A program made the position numbers and the translations under genes. A stretch of DNA of 63,741 nt, counting the filler, from Kipferlia bialata (taxonomy: Eukaryota): the NCBI GenBank assembly GCA_003568945.1. It is 6 parts of 6 records of this genome, joined end to end, with 100 filler letters (N's around TTAATTAATTAA, not from the genome) between each part and the next. Parts side by side here need not be neighbours in the genome. Positions count along the whole stretch, not along the records: positions 1 to 12,817 come from BDIP01001027.1; positions 12,918 to 25,730 come from BDIP01001028.1; 4 more parts are not named here. One strand, given 5' to 3'. Below, in pieces: positions 12,813-25,830 of the stretch. The notes under the pieces were generated by a model. It saw only the letters and a program-made list of their open reading frames with translations. It did not search any database and was not told the origin of the DNA. Position 1 is the first letter of the stretch; the number at the start of each line of letters is the position of its first letter.

Positions 12813-12817
12813 GAGGT

Positions 12818-12917
12818 NNNNNNNNNNNNNNNNNNNNNNNNNNNNNNNNNNNNNNNNNNNNTTAATTAATTAANNNNNNNNNNNNNNNNNNNNNNNNNNN
12901 NNNNNNNNNNNNNNNNN
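12818..12917. other. Artificial contig linker (N-run + TTAATTAATTAA six-frame stop + N-run)
   Basis: Identical 100-nt construct recurs five times in the window. Confidence 0.98.
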
Positions 12918-13040
12918 ATGTGTGTGTGTTGGGGTTTCCCCCCCCCCCCCCCCCCTTCTTCTCTTCCTCTTTCTCCTCTCTTTGTTGTACTCCTGTCTGC
13001 GTCTCGCTTGTACCCAATCCATTTCTCACCCTCACTCCAG

Positions 13041-14189
13041 CATGAGGAGAAGAATGGCAGGCACACTGTGATGTACAGAGCTGAGGTGAGTGGGTGTTCT
13101 ATTGTAGAATATTTGTATGGTAGTCAATGATCCCTCCCCCCTCTCTCTACCTTTCACATTATCCACTAAATACAGCACATAGCATTCAATCCCTTCAAGT
13201 CACCTGTGTCACTGCTATTCTCTCTCTCCTTGTCCCCTCACCCTCCAGATCCGCATCACCCTCCCCAATGGGTGTAGCCATGTTGGCCTGGGGTGCTCTG
13301 GGGGAGAGAACATGCCATCACTGGCAGGGGCTATGGAGAAGGTACACTATATATATATATGAATATCTCCTATGTATGTCTCTCTCTCTCTCTATGTCTT
13401 AGGTGATAGATGTCTCAGAAACTATGGAGAAGGTTGAGGGCTATCAGTCACTGTCTCTCTCTCTCCCTCTGTATATCTACTTATCATAGGCGATGAAGGG
13501 TGCCATCACTGATGGACGGAAACAGGCACTCAAGATGTTTGGAGACGGTCTAGGCAACTCAATCTCTGCCAAGGACACAGGTGGGTGTATACATGGATCA
13601 AGTGTGGAAGAAATTATGACCTTCTGTGTAGATGTCAAACTGAGAGACTGTGTACATCTCTGCGAAGATGTGTAAAAGTCTATGATTTGACTCTACTGAT
13701 GCTCCTGATACTGACCTCCAGGCCAGATGATGAGGGAGGGTGTGAGCACTATCCAGCTGCCAGTGTATGAGGTAGGGTGGATAGTAGCGAGTATAGGTGT
13801 ATGGCCCCGTCGAAATGGCCGAGTGTAATGATATATGTATTTATTATATTGGCACCTCTCACTCACAGACTGAGTTCATTAAGAGACACCACCCTGAGAG
13901 GGAGAGAGAGAAAGAGACCCACTCCGAGGCACCCCCATCCAAGAGGGGTATGGGGCCTGTTGACCAGAGGCAGGGACAGGGGCAGGGGGCAGTGGTTAAG
14001 CAGGAGCCCCCCACCCCCCTGTATGGCCAGGGCCAGCAGCAGGGCCAGGCCCCCCCTCGACCCACTCCTTCTGGTGTGCATCCCCCCCACCCCAATCCCA
14101 ACACAGGACACGGGGAGCACAGACCTCTGACACCCCAGGAGATATTCAAGCAGCAGCAGGCTATGAAGATGCAGCAACAACAACAACAG

Positions 14190-14220
<31 letters not shown>

Positions 14221-14699
14221 CCTCCACAGTGTATGGCCAGACACGTCCACACCCCACCCAGGGCCACACCCAGCAGAGACCAGTGGTGCAGGGCAGTCAG
14301 TACCAGGGCAACCCCAACCCCAACCCCAACCCCGTCAACCTGCTGCAGACACAGGGGTCCAGTGGACCTAACCCAACCCATCAGGGCCAGTATGGCGGTG
14401 GTGCCCCCCCACACGGTGTGCAGCCCCCTCCCAACATGCCCATGGCCCCCTCTATGCCACCCTCACAGGCCATGCAGGGGCAGGGTGTACCCCCTATACC
14501 CACCATGCAGACACAACAGGGACAACAACAACAGGGACAGGGGGGACAGCAAGGGGGTAGGTCTGACAGTCAGGGCAGGACAGGGGGACCATACTCTGGG
14601 GGAAACCCGGTAGGTACATCTGGTGGGAATACCCCCAATGCAGGAGGGGACAATGCTCCTAGGGCAGAGAATAAGTACACACCCTACACAGCTAGGTGA
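13041..14699 (+). CDS. RAD52: Rad52/Rad22-family recombination protein, 5' partial, with Q/P/G-rich C-terminus
   Basis: Exons give VMYRAE|IRITLPNGCSHVGLGCSGGENMPSLAGAMEK|AMKGAITDGRKQALKMFGDGLGNSI, matching the Rad52 motif VRVTLKDG..EDIGYG..AFEKAKKEAVTDALKRALR.FG..LGN. The long last exon ends at 14699. Confidence 0.82.
14149..14219 (+). repeat. CAG/CAA trinucleotide repeat encoding polyQ in RAD52
   Basis: Q3 followed by a Q16 tract, seen directly in ORF 13797..14699. Confidence 0.9.
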
Positions 14700-15423
14700 C
14701 ACTCCAAGGCTCTAGTGTATAATAATAGACGTTCCCCTCCCATTGTTTGTGGTTCGTACATAGACATGTGTGAATAGTATGAATACTATGATTGTTGGTT
14801 GATTTATGGTACAGTTGGAGTGTTACTCGATGTGTGGGTGTCTTGCGTGTCAGGATGCCCAGGGTAGTGGTTGCCAAAAGGGAAGCCTCAGAGTACTATG
14901 GTAGCCAATGCGTAGACAGTCATGGAGTCAGTGATCAGAATGGAGTGTCGTTGGGAGTCGTCAATGAGGTCAAAACCTGACTCAGGCTGGGACAAAATCA
15001 GAGTACACTGGTGTCTTGGAGTCCAAGACTTGGATCTAAGAAGCTGTTACTACCGAAGCCATCTTCGAAGCTGTGTCAGATTGGTAGTGGCGGATGCATA
15101 CGTGGATCCTGGATGGCTAAAGAGTCCTTGGGGTCGCAAAGTTGGCGGGCTCCTCGACATCAACGACATCGTCACATGAGAGTAGCTGGTCTGTGTTGCC
15201 CTCACCGTAGAGGGTCAAGTAAAGTCCTGACATGGCACATTATGGCAATGCCATCATAGCATACTATGTGGTGACTGGGTCATTGCAGGTGCGGCACTGC
15301 GGACTCCATCTAAACGAAGACAGTTCGTCACCATCATAATGAATGGCCTATAGGAGCATGGTGCGACTGCTCTTGTCCAGGTCTGTGACACTACTCGATG
15401 CTGGGTTCCTATGGTCTCAGTGC

Positions 15424-16316
15424 TCAGTCCCCAAAGAGCTCGTCCATGCCTATGCTGTAGTCAGATTCTGACTCTAAGGTCTGCATCCCAAAGAGGCCCT
15501 CCATCCCATAGTCGTATGAGGAGTGGTCCGTGTCGCTGGGACTGTCGCACATACCGTCGAATATGGGTATCACCTCGAGGTCGTCTGTCTCCTCGTAGTC
15601 AGAGGGGTTGGATACCTCGGTGTTCCAGTAAGGGGCGGTGTGGAAGACCATGTTGGTGTAGGGGATGACAGAGTTGCTGAGGTCGGAGTCGGTGCGGTTG
15701 GCACTGCGTCTGTAGGGGTCTACAGTGTGGTCAGAGGAAACAGTGTCACGGTCTGCAATGGTGTTCACACTGTAGGGAAGACGCAGCCTGGGGTGAGTGT
15801 GAGGGGTGACTACACACCACAACACTAACATTGACACAGTGTAACAGGTGTATGTGCCACTGTGTGTATACCTGGTTGACAGCAAGACTGCCGGGTCCTC
15901 AGGGATGATAGGGTCCCCAGACACCTCGGACAGATCGTTGCCAATCCTGAGGTCAGCACACCTATCCGGGGCATGTCAATGACAAGTATGTCTAGATAAC
16001 ATGACTTCCACACCTAAAGAGGTCAAAGTCTGAGGACTCTGAGTATACCGGGGTAGGGGGGTCAGGGAGGGGGTCTGCCTCTTCGCTAGACGAGTACTCA
16101 ACCCCATTGAGAGAGCTTCCGAGAGCACCCACCTGGAGTGAGAACCCTACAATATAGCTCGTGTATGTAGTTATCAATGCATGCGCTGTGTACCTGGGAC
16201 CAGTAATTGATGCCGAAGCATGGCAGCACGTCCTCGGACTCTGAGGGAGACCCAGGCTCCTCCCAGTCGCTCAGCTCACAGTCCCTGAACCAGAGAGCTA
16301 GGGCAGGGTCACGCAT
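15424..16316 (-). CDS. Hypothetical acidic, Ser/Asp-rich protein (4 exons)
   Basis: ATG at 16316. GT-AG introns join MRDPALALWF..YWSQ|VGALGSS..FDLFR|CADLRIGND..LLSTR|LRLPYSVN..ELFGD* in frame. No recognisable family. Confidence 0.55.
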
Positions 16317-16632
16317 GGGAGGATAGTTCTGACTGTTCTGGTAAGACAGGAGTCACAGAGTGTCACTCATTCGCAACCACACAAAAGAGTACTTTGTCAC
16401 ACACTTTGACAGTCACACAATTGAGGGTCACATTCATTCCACACAATTCAAAAATACTTGAACCCTTTTGCAATGACTTGTCACTCCTTATTGTGAGACC
16501 TGCTATAGATCTCCACAGAGAAGAGAACCCACCTCTAGGGTGACGCGTCATATGTTAACTATTTAAACTTGACCTCATACGGAAATCTATTGCATTAAAA
16601 AACATGAAACACAGCATGTGAGTGTCATCCCC

Positions 16633-17367
16633 CTACACATGCCGTAACCCCCTTGCCTTGCCCCTCTGTGAGAGCATGTCACCCCTGGTGTCTCTATCAG
16701 GGGGTGCTGACACCCTACCGGTCTCTGCCTCAGACCGAGGGGACTGGTAGGGGTCCAAGGGGGAGTCTAAGGTGGATCTGGCAATACCAGCCCCAACCTC
16801 AGGCTGCCTCAGTCTCTCTCTCCCTCCCTTGAACCGCACTCTCTTGGGTACTGTGTCAACCGGTCTCTGTACTGTTTGTGTGACAGTGGGTGTGACAGTG
16901 ACAGTCATCTCAAGGTAGGAGGTCTCAGTCAGGCCGTTGTACATGGGGCCTGGGGTAAGGTTGACAAACCCACAACCTCACACTACACAAGCAGTGCACT
17001 CCCTACCTGGCGTCTGTGCGTGTTGCATGTGGACAATCTCATAGGAGTCCCTACCACCCTGCCCCACCAGTCTACAGTGCCCTGCTGCCTCCAGCACACT
17101 CCCCCTCAGCAGCACCACCCCCACCCTCTGGGGCACTGTGTCACAATCAAACTCAAGGGGGGCAGGGGGAATGGCGGAGATCTCCTGGAAGACTGGGGTG
17201 CTCTTGGTCTGTCCACCCACCTCCAGTCTACAGGTCAGAGGGGCATTCCTGGACTGAAGACGGGCAGGAAGGTGCACACCTGGGGGTTAGACACAGATAT
17301 GAGGCAGACATATCAATATGTATTCATGTATCCCACCTGTAACGCTGAGGTTGACTGTCCACCCCAT
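16633..17367 (-). CDS. Small protein with possible N-terminal C2-like beta-sandwich (3 exons)
   Basis: MGWTVNLSVT|GVHLPARLQSRNAPLTCRLEVGGQTKSTPVF..LEFD..VGVVLLRGSVLEAAGHCRL..|..SYLEMTVTV. The strand pattern resembles C2 domains; the fold assignment is inference. Confidence 0.5.
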
Positions 17368-17604
17368 GCACTGAGACAGGGCAGAGTGCAGGTGGATACA
17401 ACACAAGATCTCTGGACAGCTGAGGTGTTGGAGGCATTGCAGGGCCGAGACACGGCGTACTAACGTAGGACTAAACGTGATACCTTTGTCTGATATCTCT
17501 GTCCTTATTTGAGGCCATCACCCACACATCGAAATACCACTGTAGACATCTACACTACCCAAGCAGCGACGTGGTATATATTGATAGTCAGAGACTGTAT
17601 TGTA

Positions 17605-19090
17605 TCAGTCCTGCTCCGCCCAGGCCCCATCACTCCTCTGACTCTGACTCTGACTGTTAGGAGTGTCATAGTCCTCTATGGGGTCAAAGTCTCCCTGTGG
17701 TGTGTACAGGCCCTGCCAACAGTCATCGGGACCGGCACTGGCGGCACTCGGCCCACTCACCCCCACCAATCCCTGGTTGATAAGTGGCACTGTCCTCTGC
17801 ACCTCCCTGGGGGCACGGGTGGTACTGGGGGGGCACTCAGTGATGGGGGTGATGTCCTGTATCCTAAGTCTACGCGGCATGTACCGTCTGCCAGGGGTGC
17901 GTCTAGGTGGAGGGGCCAGAGGGGCAGGGCCTGTATTGGTGGAGATGGAGGCTGGGGCAGGGCCCTGGCTGTATACATTGGCATGTACTAGGGGTGCAGT
18001 GCCCATCTGCGGGTAGGATTGTCCCGATTGGACAGGAGGTGCCACCTGCCCTTGGTAGTGGGGAGTAGTGGATGACTGGGTCGGTGCAGCACCAGGGGTG
18101 CTCTGAGGGTAGATAGAGCGAGCAGGCTGCGGCTGGTGGTACAGGGACCCCGTACCCTGGCTGCTGGGGGGCACCGCTGCCCTACCATAGAGACCAGTCT
18201 GTGGCTGTTGATACGGCTGCTGATATGGATGTGTGGGATGCTGAGCTACCTGACTGCCCTGGGGTGTTGGGGCACCGGTCTGTCTGGAGTACATTGTCTG
18301 CCTGGCCTGTTGCACGGCCTGGGGGGGAAGGGAGGGCAGGGAGCTCGATGGCCTCTGGACATATGGGATATTAGACACACTTGGAGGGGCAGACTGCTGA
18401 TACCCCCCACCCATGCTCTGCTGCATAGTATGAGGGGTCTGACCCTGGGTGCCTACTGGGGGGTGCTGTTGGTATGGATTGGAAGACACAGACGAAGACT
18501 GGACAGTAGAAGAGGGGGTCGCCCGGCCATAGAGACCACGGTTGATGGTTGGTGGTGGCTGGTACTGTGAAGGCTGAGTCTGTGAGTAGCCAGACCCCCC
18601 ATATGGATTAGGAGCCTGGCTCTGCTGGCTCTGTTGGTATAGCACAAACTGTCTCTGTTGGTAGCCAGAGGTAGAGGTGCCTTGTGGTTGACTGTACACT
18701 GACTGGGTGGGTGCCCCATACCCTATCCCCCCTTGCCCTTGGGGGTATGCCATGGGAGGGGCAGCATACTGCATGGCAGCACCCAGCTGGCCCTGCTCTA
18801 CCCTAGGAGGATGGGTGGGCTTCTTACCACCAATCCCACCCTGAGGTGTGGGAGCCGTGTCCCCTAGCTTACATGTGACTGTGTCTGTCACACTGGCCAG
18901 TCTAAGGGGCTTGGACACCTGGGAGTACCCTCCCCCTGCACACTGTACACAGGAGGGCATCGTCACACACAGGTGGCGCTGGTGGTTGTCTGGACCAGCC
19001 CTCCTGACCCTAGCATCGGGGTTGTGGCCCCTGATACTGTGCTGGGTGGCTGTGGGTGAGTGGGGGGGGAGAGAGAGAGAGAGGGAGAGA

Positions 19091-19131
<41 letters not shown>

Positions 19132-20411
19132 GATGTATAGTGGGCTGGCCACTGAATGCTCCACCCACCTGAATCCGCCTCCACTCTCTCACACTCTGGG
19201 GCCCTGGCACCGATGATACTCGCATAGGCACTGCCTGAGGTGGGGTGGAGAGGCAGAGAGAGACACTAAACACTCCAAGGTCATCCTCCCAACTCACCTG
19301 CTATTATCTGCTGTGTCTTGTCTGTCTGTGTGTAGCGTGCGAGGGAGAGAGAGTGCGACAGGCCCTCATAGGCCATAGAGAGTGGCCCTATGGACCCGTG
19401 GAACCCTATCAGGTTGGGGGTCAGGAACCCCAGCGCCTGCATCTGTGACTCTACCACTGTGGCCCTGGTCAGTAGGTCGGGGATGACACGGGCTGTGGGG
19501 TCCTCATACTGATCGTCATCCTCGCTCTGGCCATGCATGTAGGGCAGGGGGGAGAGCGAGGAGTCGACATCCATGCAGGACTGACTGGCGGGTATGTCTA
19601 GATGAGTGCTAGGGGAGACAGCCTCAAAGGCAGAGTGCAGGAACCCCACAGGCCCCCCTTCCATCGGAGCAGTGGGTGCATCACCTAGTAGGCGTCGGAA
19701 GGGGTCCACCAGCCCCTGCCTGGGTGCCATCTCCTTGTACTCACTGCTGAAGAGTACCTTGGTGGCAAACCGAAGCAGGTTGGGGGTGCTGACCTGGGGG
19801 TTAGAAGATAGTGAATAGAGAGTAATATAGTATACACTCAGTGACTCTCAGCCCACACTTAAGTCATACGTGCATCCACCCACCTTCTTCATGAATGCAA
19901 TAGCCTTCTCTGCCTTGGCCTCTGTGAGTCTGCCCCTAGCCATGTCACAGAGCATGAGCACAGAGGGTACAGTGAGGAAGGTGGGGTCCTCTAACCCCCG
20001 CACCATCGCCTTGACCAGTGGCTGTGCTCTGACCAAGTCCACTCTCCCTGCCTCACAGGCTGCAGTGACCCAGGCAGCCAGCATCTTCTGGGTGGGCTTG
20101 CCTATGGCCAGCTTGGTCACCCTGTACTCTGTCTCTATGTATGGGAGCAGGTGCCGGTCAAGCTCAGTTCTCTCTCCCTGGGGGTGGGGGGGGGGGAGAG
20201 ACAATCTAGATGTATGTATGCAAGTGAGTGTGTCTGTACCTGTGTGTCCACAACTATGGCTATGTGACACTTGTGCCGGGCAAAGCATGTGTCAAAGACT
20301 TGTTTGTATGTGGTCTGACAGTCCACGGGCAGTGGTGGGACATAGTCTATGAGGAGCAGGGGACGGGTACCATCGAAGGAGGGGCCTGACTGGGCAGCAT
20401 GGGCCACTCTG
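17605..20411 (-). CDS. Large hypothetical protein: helical N-terminal region and long Q/P/S/Y-rich low-complexity C-terminus; true start uncertain
   Basis: In-frame exon chain VAHAAQ..FARHK|GERTELDRHLL..AFMKK|VSTPNLLRF..QQIIA|GSAYAS..|ATQHSIRG.. leads into the 519-aa ORF ending at 17605. Confidence 0.6.
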
Positions 20412-21231
20412 AGGGGTAAGACACAGCTTGTATAGGGAAGAGGAAGGAGTGGGGGGGGGGGGGGGGGGGGGGGGGGGTTACGTACACGAGAATATTAGGT
20501 CGAGAACCAGCACTAGTGACGTACATACAGCATGGTGTATATGTCATCAGAAGAATTGGTCATCAGAGAGAGAGAGAGAGAGAGAAGGATCTTTGAGGTG
20601 GGGATACCATCTGGTGCCACTTCACTCAATCTGGATACCAAATTAGTACTGTCCCTCACCTTTGTTGTATCTCTATGCTGCTAGTCTCTCAGTGGGGCCT
20701 ATTCCTTCTCCAGTAGTTGTAAAAGGGGATGAAGAGCATATGATTGCGGCTCTAAGTGAGTCGGATTATCCGATTTCTCTCGAACGGAAAGTGGATTAAT
20801 CTGTGTGTAGCGTGGCCAGAAGGCATCCAAACACATACAAAGTGCCACTGAAGTTGGAGCTTAGGCACTTAAGGACACGATGAGGGTGATTGCGCAGCAA
20901 AGTATATTTGTCATTTAGTGGTACTTACAACTGTCCTCTTAGACCCTTTGTCCAAAAACACATCTTCACCAGTGGTAGAAATTCTCATAGTGTGTGAGTC
21001 ACACTCTTCTATCAAGGAGGTTTTGCTCCATGCACGTACTCAAGCAATGCTAGAGTGTAGTTCACTCTCCACACGCCCTATCAATAGACAGAACACAACA
21101 ACTTGAATAAATTTACTCTTACTTATCGTCCACTACATCAATCTGCTCACACTCTTGATTCAGAGGGGGTCAGATAGTCAACTGAGGACCTAAAGAGACC
21201 TAAACGGGTCTTAAACACCTCCACCTCCTGC

Positions 21232-21444
21232 TTACTCCTGCTTGAGGAGGCCTGGGAGTGAGATGAAAAGACAAAATAGAAGAATTACTCAAACTATTTG
21301 AATAGTGGTCGGATGCAGTATATATAGAGAGAATGTGTGTGGTAGATTGCTCTACCTCTGATGGCCTTGGTGGCGTTGTAGATGTGTCCCCAGGAGGCAG
21401 CAATGGCCTTCTTGCCAAAGACAGTGGCCTGGTGTTAAGGGTGT

Positions 21445-21489
<45 letters not shown>

Positions 21490-21840
21490 GTATCTTGCCA
21501 AAGACAGTGGCCTGGAGGGAGAGAGAGAGAGACAAACCTGGACCACTGGCTTGGAGAGGGTGTATAGGGTGTATATAACAAATGAGTCAATGTACAATAT
21601 ATTACAATGATACTATAGTATATATCCATACACACACACCTTGACGACCACTGGCTTGGACAGGGTGTAGAGGTCGTACAAAACAAGTGAGGACACGTCT
21701 AATACATACTATATGTATTCAGTATAGTACTCATATATAAATCTATATATACCTTGACGACCACTGGCTTGGACAGGGTGTATAGGGTGCCGGTCACGTT
21801 GACGACGGGCTCGGGGACCATATCTGGGGTGAGGTACATT

Positions 21841-21876
<36 letters not shown>

Positions 21877-22096
21877 GTCACGTTGACAACGGGCTCGGGG
21901 ACCATATCTGGTGGGTCAGATATATATAGAGAGAGACAATAATGAATTTACATATACATGGAAAGATGGAGAATATATGGATGGATGTGTCGAGAGAGAG
22001 AGAGAGAGAGAGAGAGATAACGTACCGATGAAGAAGAAGTATGTGACGGCAATGGCTCCGCAGAGGGCAATGACGATCCACAGGGAGGAGATAACC
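21232..22096 (-). CDS. 3' exons encoding one TM helix and a short tail; either the C-terminus of the B-box gene or a different gene joined at the poly-G tract
   Basis: VISSLWIVIALCGAIAVTYFFFI|DMVPEPVVNVTGTLYTLSKPVVVK|ATVFGKKAIAASWGHIYNATKAIR|GLLKQE*, with consistent exon phases. Confidence 0.6.
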
Positions 22097-22134
22097 TGAG
22101 AGGGTAAGAGAGAGAGAGAAAGAGACAGAGAGAA

Positions 22135-22172
<38 letters not shown>

Positions 22173-22232
22173 CAATGACGATCCACAGGGAGGAGATAAC
22201 CTGAGTGTAAGAAGGGGGGGGGGGGGGGGGAA

Positions 22233-22277
<45 letters not shown>

Positions 22278-22302
22278 GAAAGGACAGTATGACATGTGAA
22301 TA

Positions 22303-23308
22303 CCTAGGGGGTGGGACGTATGCCGCCACTGGTATCCTGAGGTGCCTGGCCAGCAGACGGTTGGAGTGGGCCTTGGGGTCAGATGAAACAGTGACTCGTA
22401 TTAATACAAGCGACTGCACTCTCAGTACCTTGATGTCGCATGTGTTGCAGTAGAACCCCCCGCACTCAGTGCAGTACACGTCTGCATTACTCTTCTCACA
22501 GCACTCACAGGGCCTGTCCACAGGGGCAGAGAAGAAGATCCTGGGGTCAGGATGCAGAGGAGGAAAATATGTGGGGGGGAGGGGGGGGGCTATTGGTCTG
22601 ATTGAGAACACCATGGCTTCCTTCGCGAATACCTAGACACTCTCTTGAAAATAGAAGAGGAGGAAGGGATCGGTTGAGCAAAATACTACAGGAACACTAG
22701 ACAATCAATTAACACAAATACTGTCCCGCACCTGTCGACTGTGTCGTCCTTGCCCTCCTCGGCACCCTCTCCCTTGGCCTGGGCCTCAGCCACAAGGGCC
22801 ATGGCCTGGGGGGTGAGGGTGGTACACATACATTCATGTAGGCAGAAATACTGATGAAGGATGAGACACTGAATATGTAACTCCCACATGCTATCACGGG
22901 TAGTGCCAGACAGTTACACACACACACACACACACACACCTGTGCGAGGCGGGACTCTCCCACCGGTGCCCTGTTCATTGTCTCCCTCATGCTCATGGAT
23001 GCCCTGCCTATGGTGGGGCTGCTCAACCCCTCACTGACCCCACTCCTGTCCAGCTGGGCGGGGGTGCGGGTGGGGGCAACGCCACTGCCGCTCAGGTCAG
23101 CCATCAGCACGCGCCTGGCCCTCTCTGCCAGCCTGGGGGGTCTGGATGTGGGCGAGGGGGACGTGTCGACCTGGTTGGACAGGTGCAGCAGGTTGGGGTT
23201 GATGGCATTGAGACCTCTGGCCTGGGACCGCAGCAGAGAGCCCCGGTCCAGGGGGCGTGCCTGGCGGGGCTCCAGCGATGGGGATAGGCCCAAGTACGGA
23301 GAGCTCAT
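22303..23308 (-). CDS. B-box zinc-finger protein (5' part)
   Basis: ATG at 23308. Spliced CECCEKSNADVYCTECGGFYCNTCDIK|AHSNRLLARHLRIPV is a B-box pattern. Phase does not connect to the next exon across the poly-G tract at 22214-22276. Confidence 0.7.
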
Positions 23309-23415
23309 GGTGGCCCGGTGAAGAGAAGAGAGAGAGGGGAAGGGCTGCCATTTTGCCTATCCCAATATCAGACCCTTGTATCTTTACTCCTTCCTCTCTC
23401 TTTGCGTCCACTCCA

Positions 23416-24508
23416 ATGACACAGTCCATAGTGTCTGGGACTATCCGCATTGCCATTGGGACCAAGTCAAAGGCCAAGATCCGTGCCTGTGAGATAGCCT
23501 TTGGCCAGTGTTTCCCAGGTATTGTTTAGATATTCACCCATGTATGATACATCTCCCTAGTATTCTGACCCCCCAGGTGCCACCCTCGACATCACCCCTG
23601 TCCCTGTGCCCTCGGGTGTCAAGGACCAGCCCCTCACGGCACAGGACTCTCTACTGGGTGCGTGTTTTATAGCACTGTCATTCCCAACAGATACATCCAC
23701 TCTTCTAGCCATACTTGGCCCACTAGTTCCCATTGGGTACTGTATCTCTTCTGTGTATCCTCATGCTACTCCATACCCACTCCCAGGTGCCCGCACCCGT
23801 GCCCTAGGTGCCCTGTCCCTGTGTCCTGTGGATGTGGACTATGCAGTGGGTATGGAGGGCGGCATAGAGCGTGTGGGGGAGGGGGAGGCAGGGGTGTGGC
23901 TGGAGAGTGGGTGGATGGTGGTGCTGGACAAGGACGGGGTGGAGGGGGTAGGGACAGGGCCCAGGTACGGGGGAGACTCGATCCTAAAATATTGTCACTC
24001 TTCGTGGGGTCTGTCGTCTTGCCAGTCACTCTCTCTCTCTGTCTCACTTCATCTCATCCTCTAGGTTTCAGGTTGGGGAGCCTGTTATGTCCCGCATACT
24101 AGGGGGACAGGAGCTGAGGTAATCAAATATAGTCTTCAGACCTTTCTACACGATAGTAGCTTGTCTGTCATGCATGTATCTGTGTATTCACGTGTCAGTG
24201 CCCCCTCTCACCTACAGCCATGCCATGAAGGACCTATCTCAGCTGGAGAGTGCGAGGGTAGAGGGTGCCGGGGCTCCGTCTGTGGAGGGAGTGAAGCTGT
24301 CTGGCACCATATCCATACTGACCCATGGCACAACTGACAGGTGTGTGGTGATATCGTGACTGACAATACATCACTAGACTTCATATTCTAGTCACTATGT
24401 GTCTTTGTGTGTGTTATACCATCCCTACCCCCCAGGACTGCTGTGTATGCCATGGGTACTGTCATGGCACTGGCACGGTTCATGAGCCACACGGTGTACT
24501 GGCAGTGA
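23416..24508 (+). CDS. yjjX: YjjX-family non-canonical purine NTP phosphatase (ITP/XTPase, NTPase_I-T/DUF84)
   Basis: IRIAIGTKSKAKIRACEIAF, VPVPSGVKDQPLT, GARTRA, YAVGMEGGI, GTISILTHGTTDR and ALARF match the YjjX consensus (GSTNPVK..AV, V.SGVS.QP, GA.NRA, VGIEGG, GAIG.LT.G..DR). Six exons, complete. Confidence 0.82.
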
Positions 24509-25034
24509 GATATACCGAGAGGGCACGAGAAGTGCCTCATATACAGCATTGTGGGTAGATGATCAATGGGGAAGTGTTTGTCCTATGATAGACAGGACGT
24601 GCGATGATTAAGCAGCTAGCCTGCAGGAAAATGTCTATAGGACCCCAGGAGGGCATTGTAACTTGTCAAGGCACCAAGTCAGTGCACCCAACCTAGTATT
24701 GGATGTCTCTAGGCCGGTAGGGACATGGGGAGTAATAGGGTATTTAGGTACAGCAGGAGGCACGCCTTCGTGTCCCTGTTGTATGTGGTTCTTGTCTGCC
24801 CATATTTACCATAGACACACCTGTATATAGCTTGACGGCACTAGATACCAGTGAGTAACAGGTTGATACTCTATTGTTATGAGCTAGTACACACCTAAAC
24901 ATCCAATCAATAGATCACAGCATCACATGCAATCATCAAACAACTTTCCACAGCTGGACAAACAACACACAAAACACACAAAACGCCAAGAGTGTTGAAC
25001 AAGTGACACACCCATGGGACCATGTACACTGGTA

Positions 25035-25674
25035 CTATGCATAGTACTGCAGGCCCGTGTATGTGGTGTCCTCGTCATCGTAGTCAATTGGACCCCCGCA
25101 GCAGGGAGCACACCTACAGTGAGGGTATGGGGGGGGGGGGGATATTCCAATCCTTCGTCTAGCACTGATTCAGTATGAACATATGCTTATACATGTATAT
25201 ACAAGCACCCACCTGCAGCACGCCCCCTCCTTGTATGGGTTGGCACATGCCGCAAAACAGAATAGGATGCCTGCCACCACCATGCCAAAGGCCAGGATCA
25301 TCTGGGTCTGGGGGTGAGGGGGGGGGGGGCATTGGACTGAGGGAGGCATGGTATGAGGATCAAGATGGAGCGACGTATACCTCGTTGAGATAGAGGATGT
25401 CTGTCCATGTGTTGGAGGGCACAAGCAGGGGTATCTGACCGGCCACTGGGGTCAGGGGGACGGTATATATGGTCATATATGGGAATTACATCTGAATCAC
25501 ATGGAGAGAGGAGACTTGTCACAGGATGTATCAACATGCATGTGTATATACTGTCTGATATGGGATACCTACTATGGCAGCCACTGTGCCAAAGATGAGG
25601 AAGGCCCCGAGGCCACTGAGCTTCATGGCCAGGATGCCCACCACCAACAGCCATCCACACAGAGACCCCATCCA
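25035..25674 (-). CDS. Hypothetical multi-pass membrane protein, 3' end only
   Basis: DGSLCGWLLVVGILAMKLSGLGAFLIFGTVAAIV|VAGQIPLL..LNE|TQMILAFGMVVAGILFCFAAC..|CAPCCGGPIDYDDEDTTYTGLQYYA*. Confidence 0.6.
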
Positions 25675-25730
25675 GGTCAGACAGTCAGTGAGCTGGGGTG
25701 GGTCATAGGGAGAGGGGTGATGGGGGGGGG

Positions 25731-25830
25731 NNNNNNNNNNNNNNNNNNNNNNNNNNNNNNNNNNNNNNNNNNNNTTAATTAATTAANNNNNNNNNNNNNN
25801 NNNNNNNNNNNNNNNNNNNNNNNNNNNNNN
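25731..25830. other. Artificial contig linker
   Basis: N-run + TTAATTAATTAA + N-run, 100 nt. Confidence 0.98.

Noticed and set aside
12862..12873. Recurrent TTAATTAATTAA motif as a biological repeat or piggyBac TTAA site
   Set aside because: Always centred in N-runs totalling 100 nt; a standard six-frame-stop contig linker.
14880..15410. Additional gene between RAD52 and the acidic protein
   Set aside because: Only short ORFs with stops in all frames and no consistent exon chain; probably UTR or intergenic.
22097..22302. B-box + TM-anchor fusion protein
   Set aside because: Frame discontinuity across a long poly-G tract; one gene cannot be supported without transcript data.
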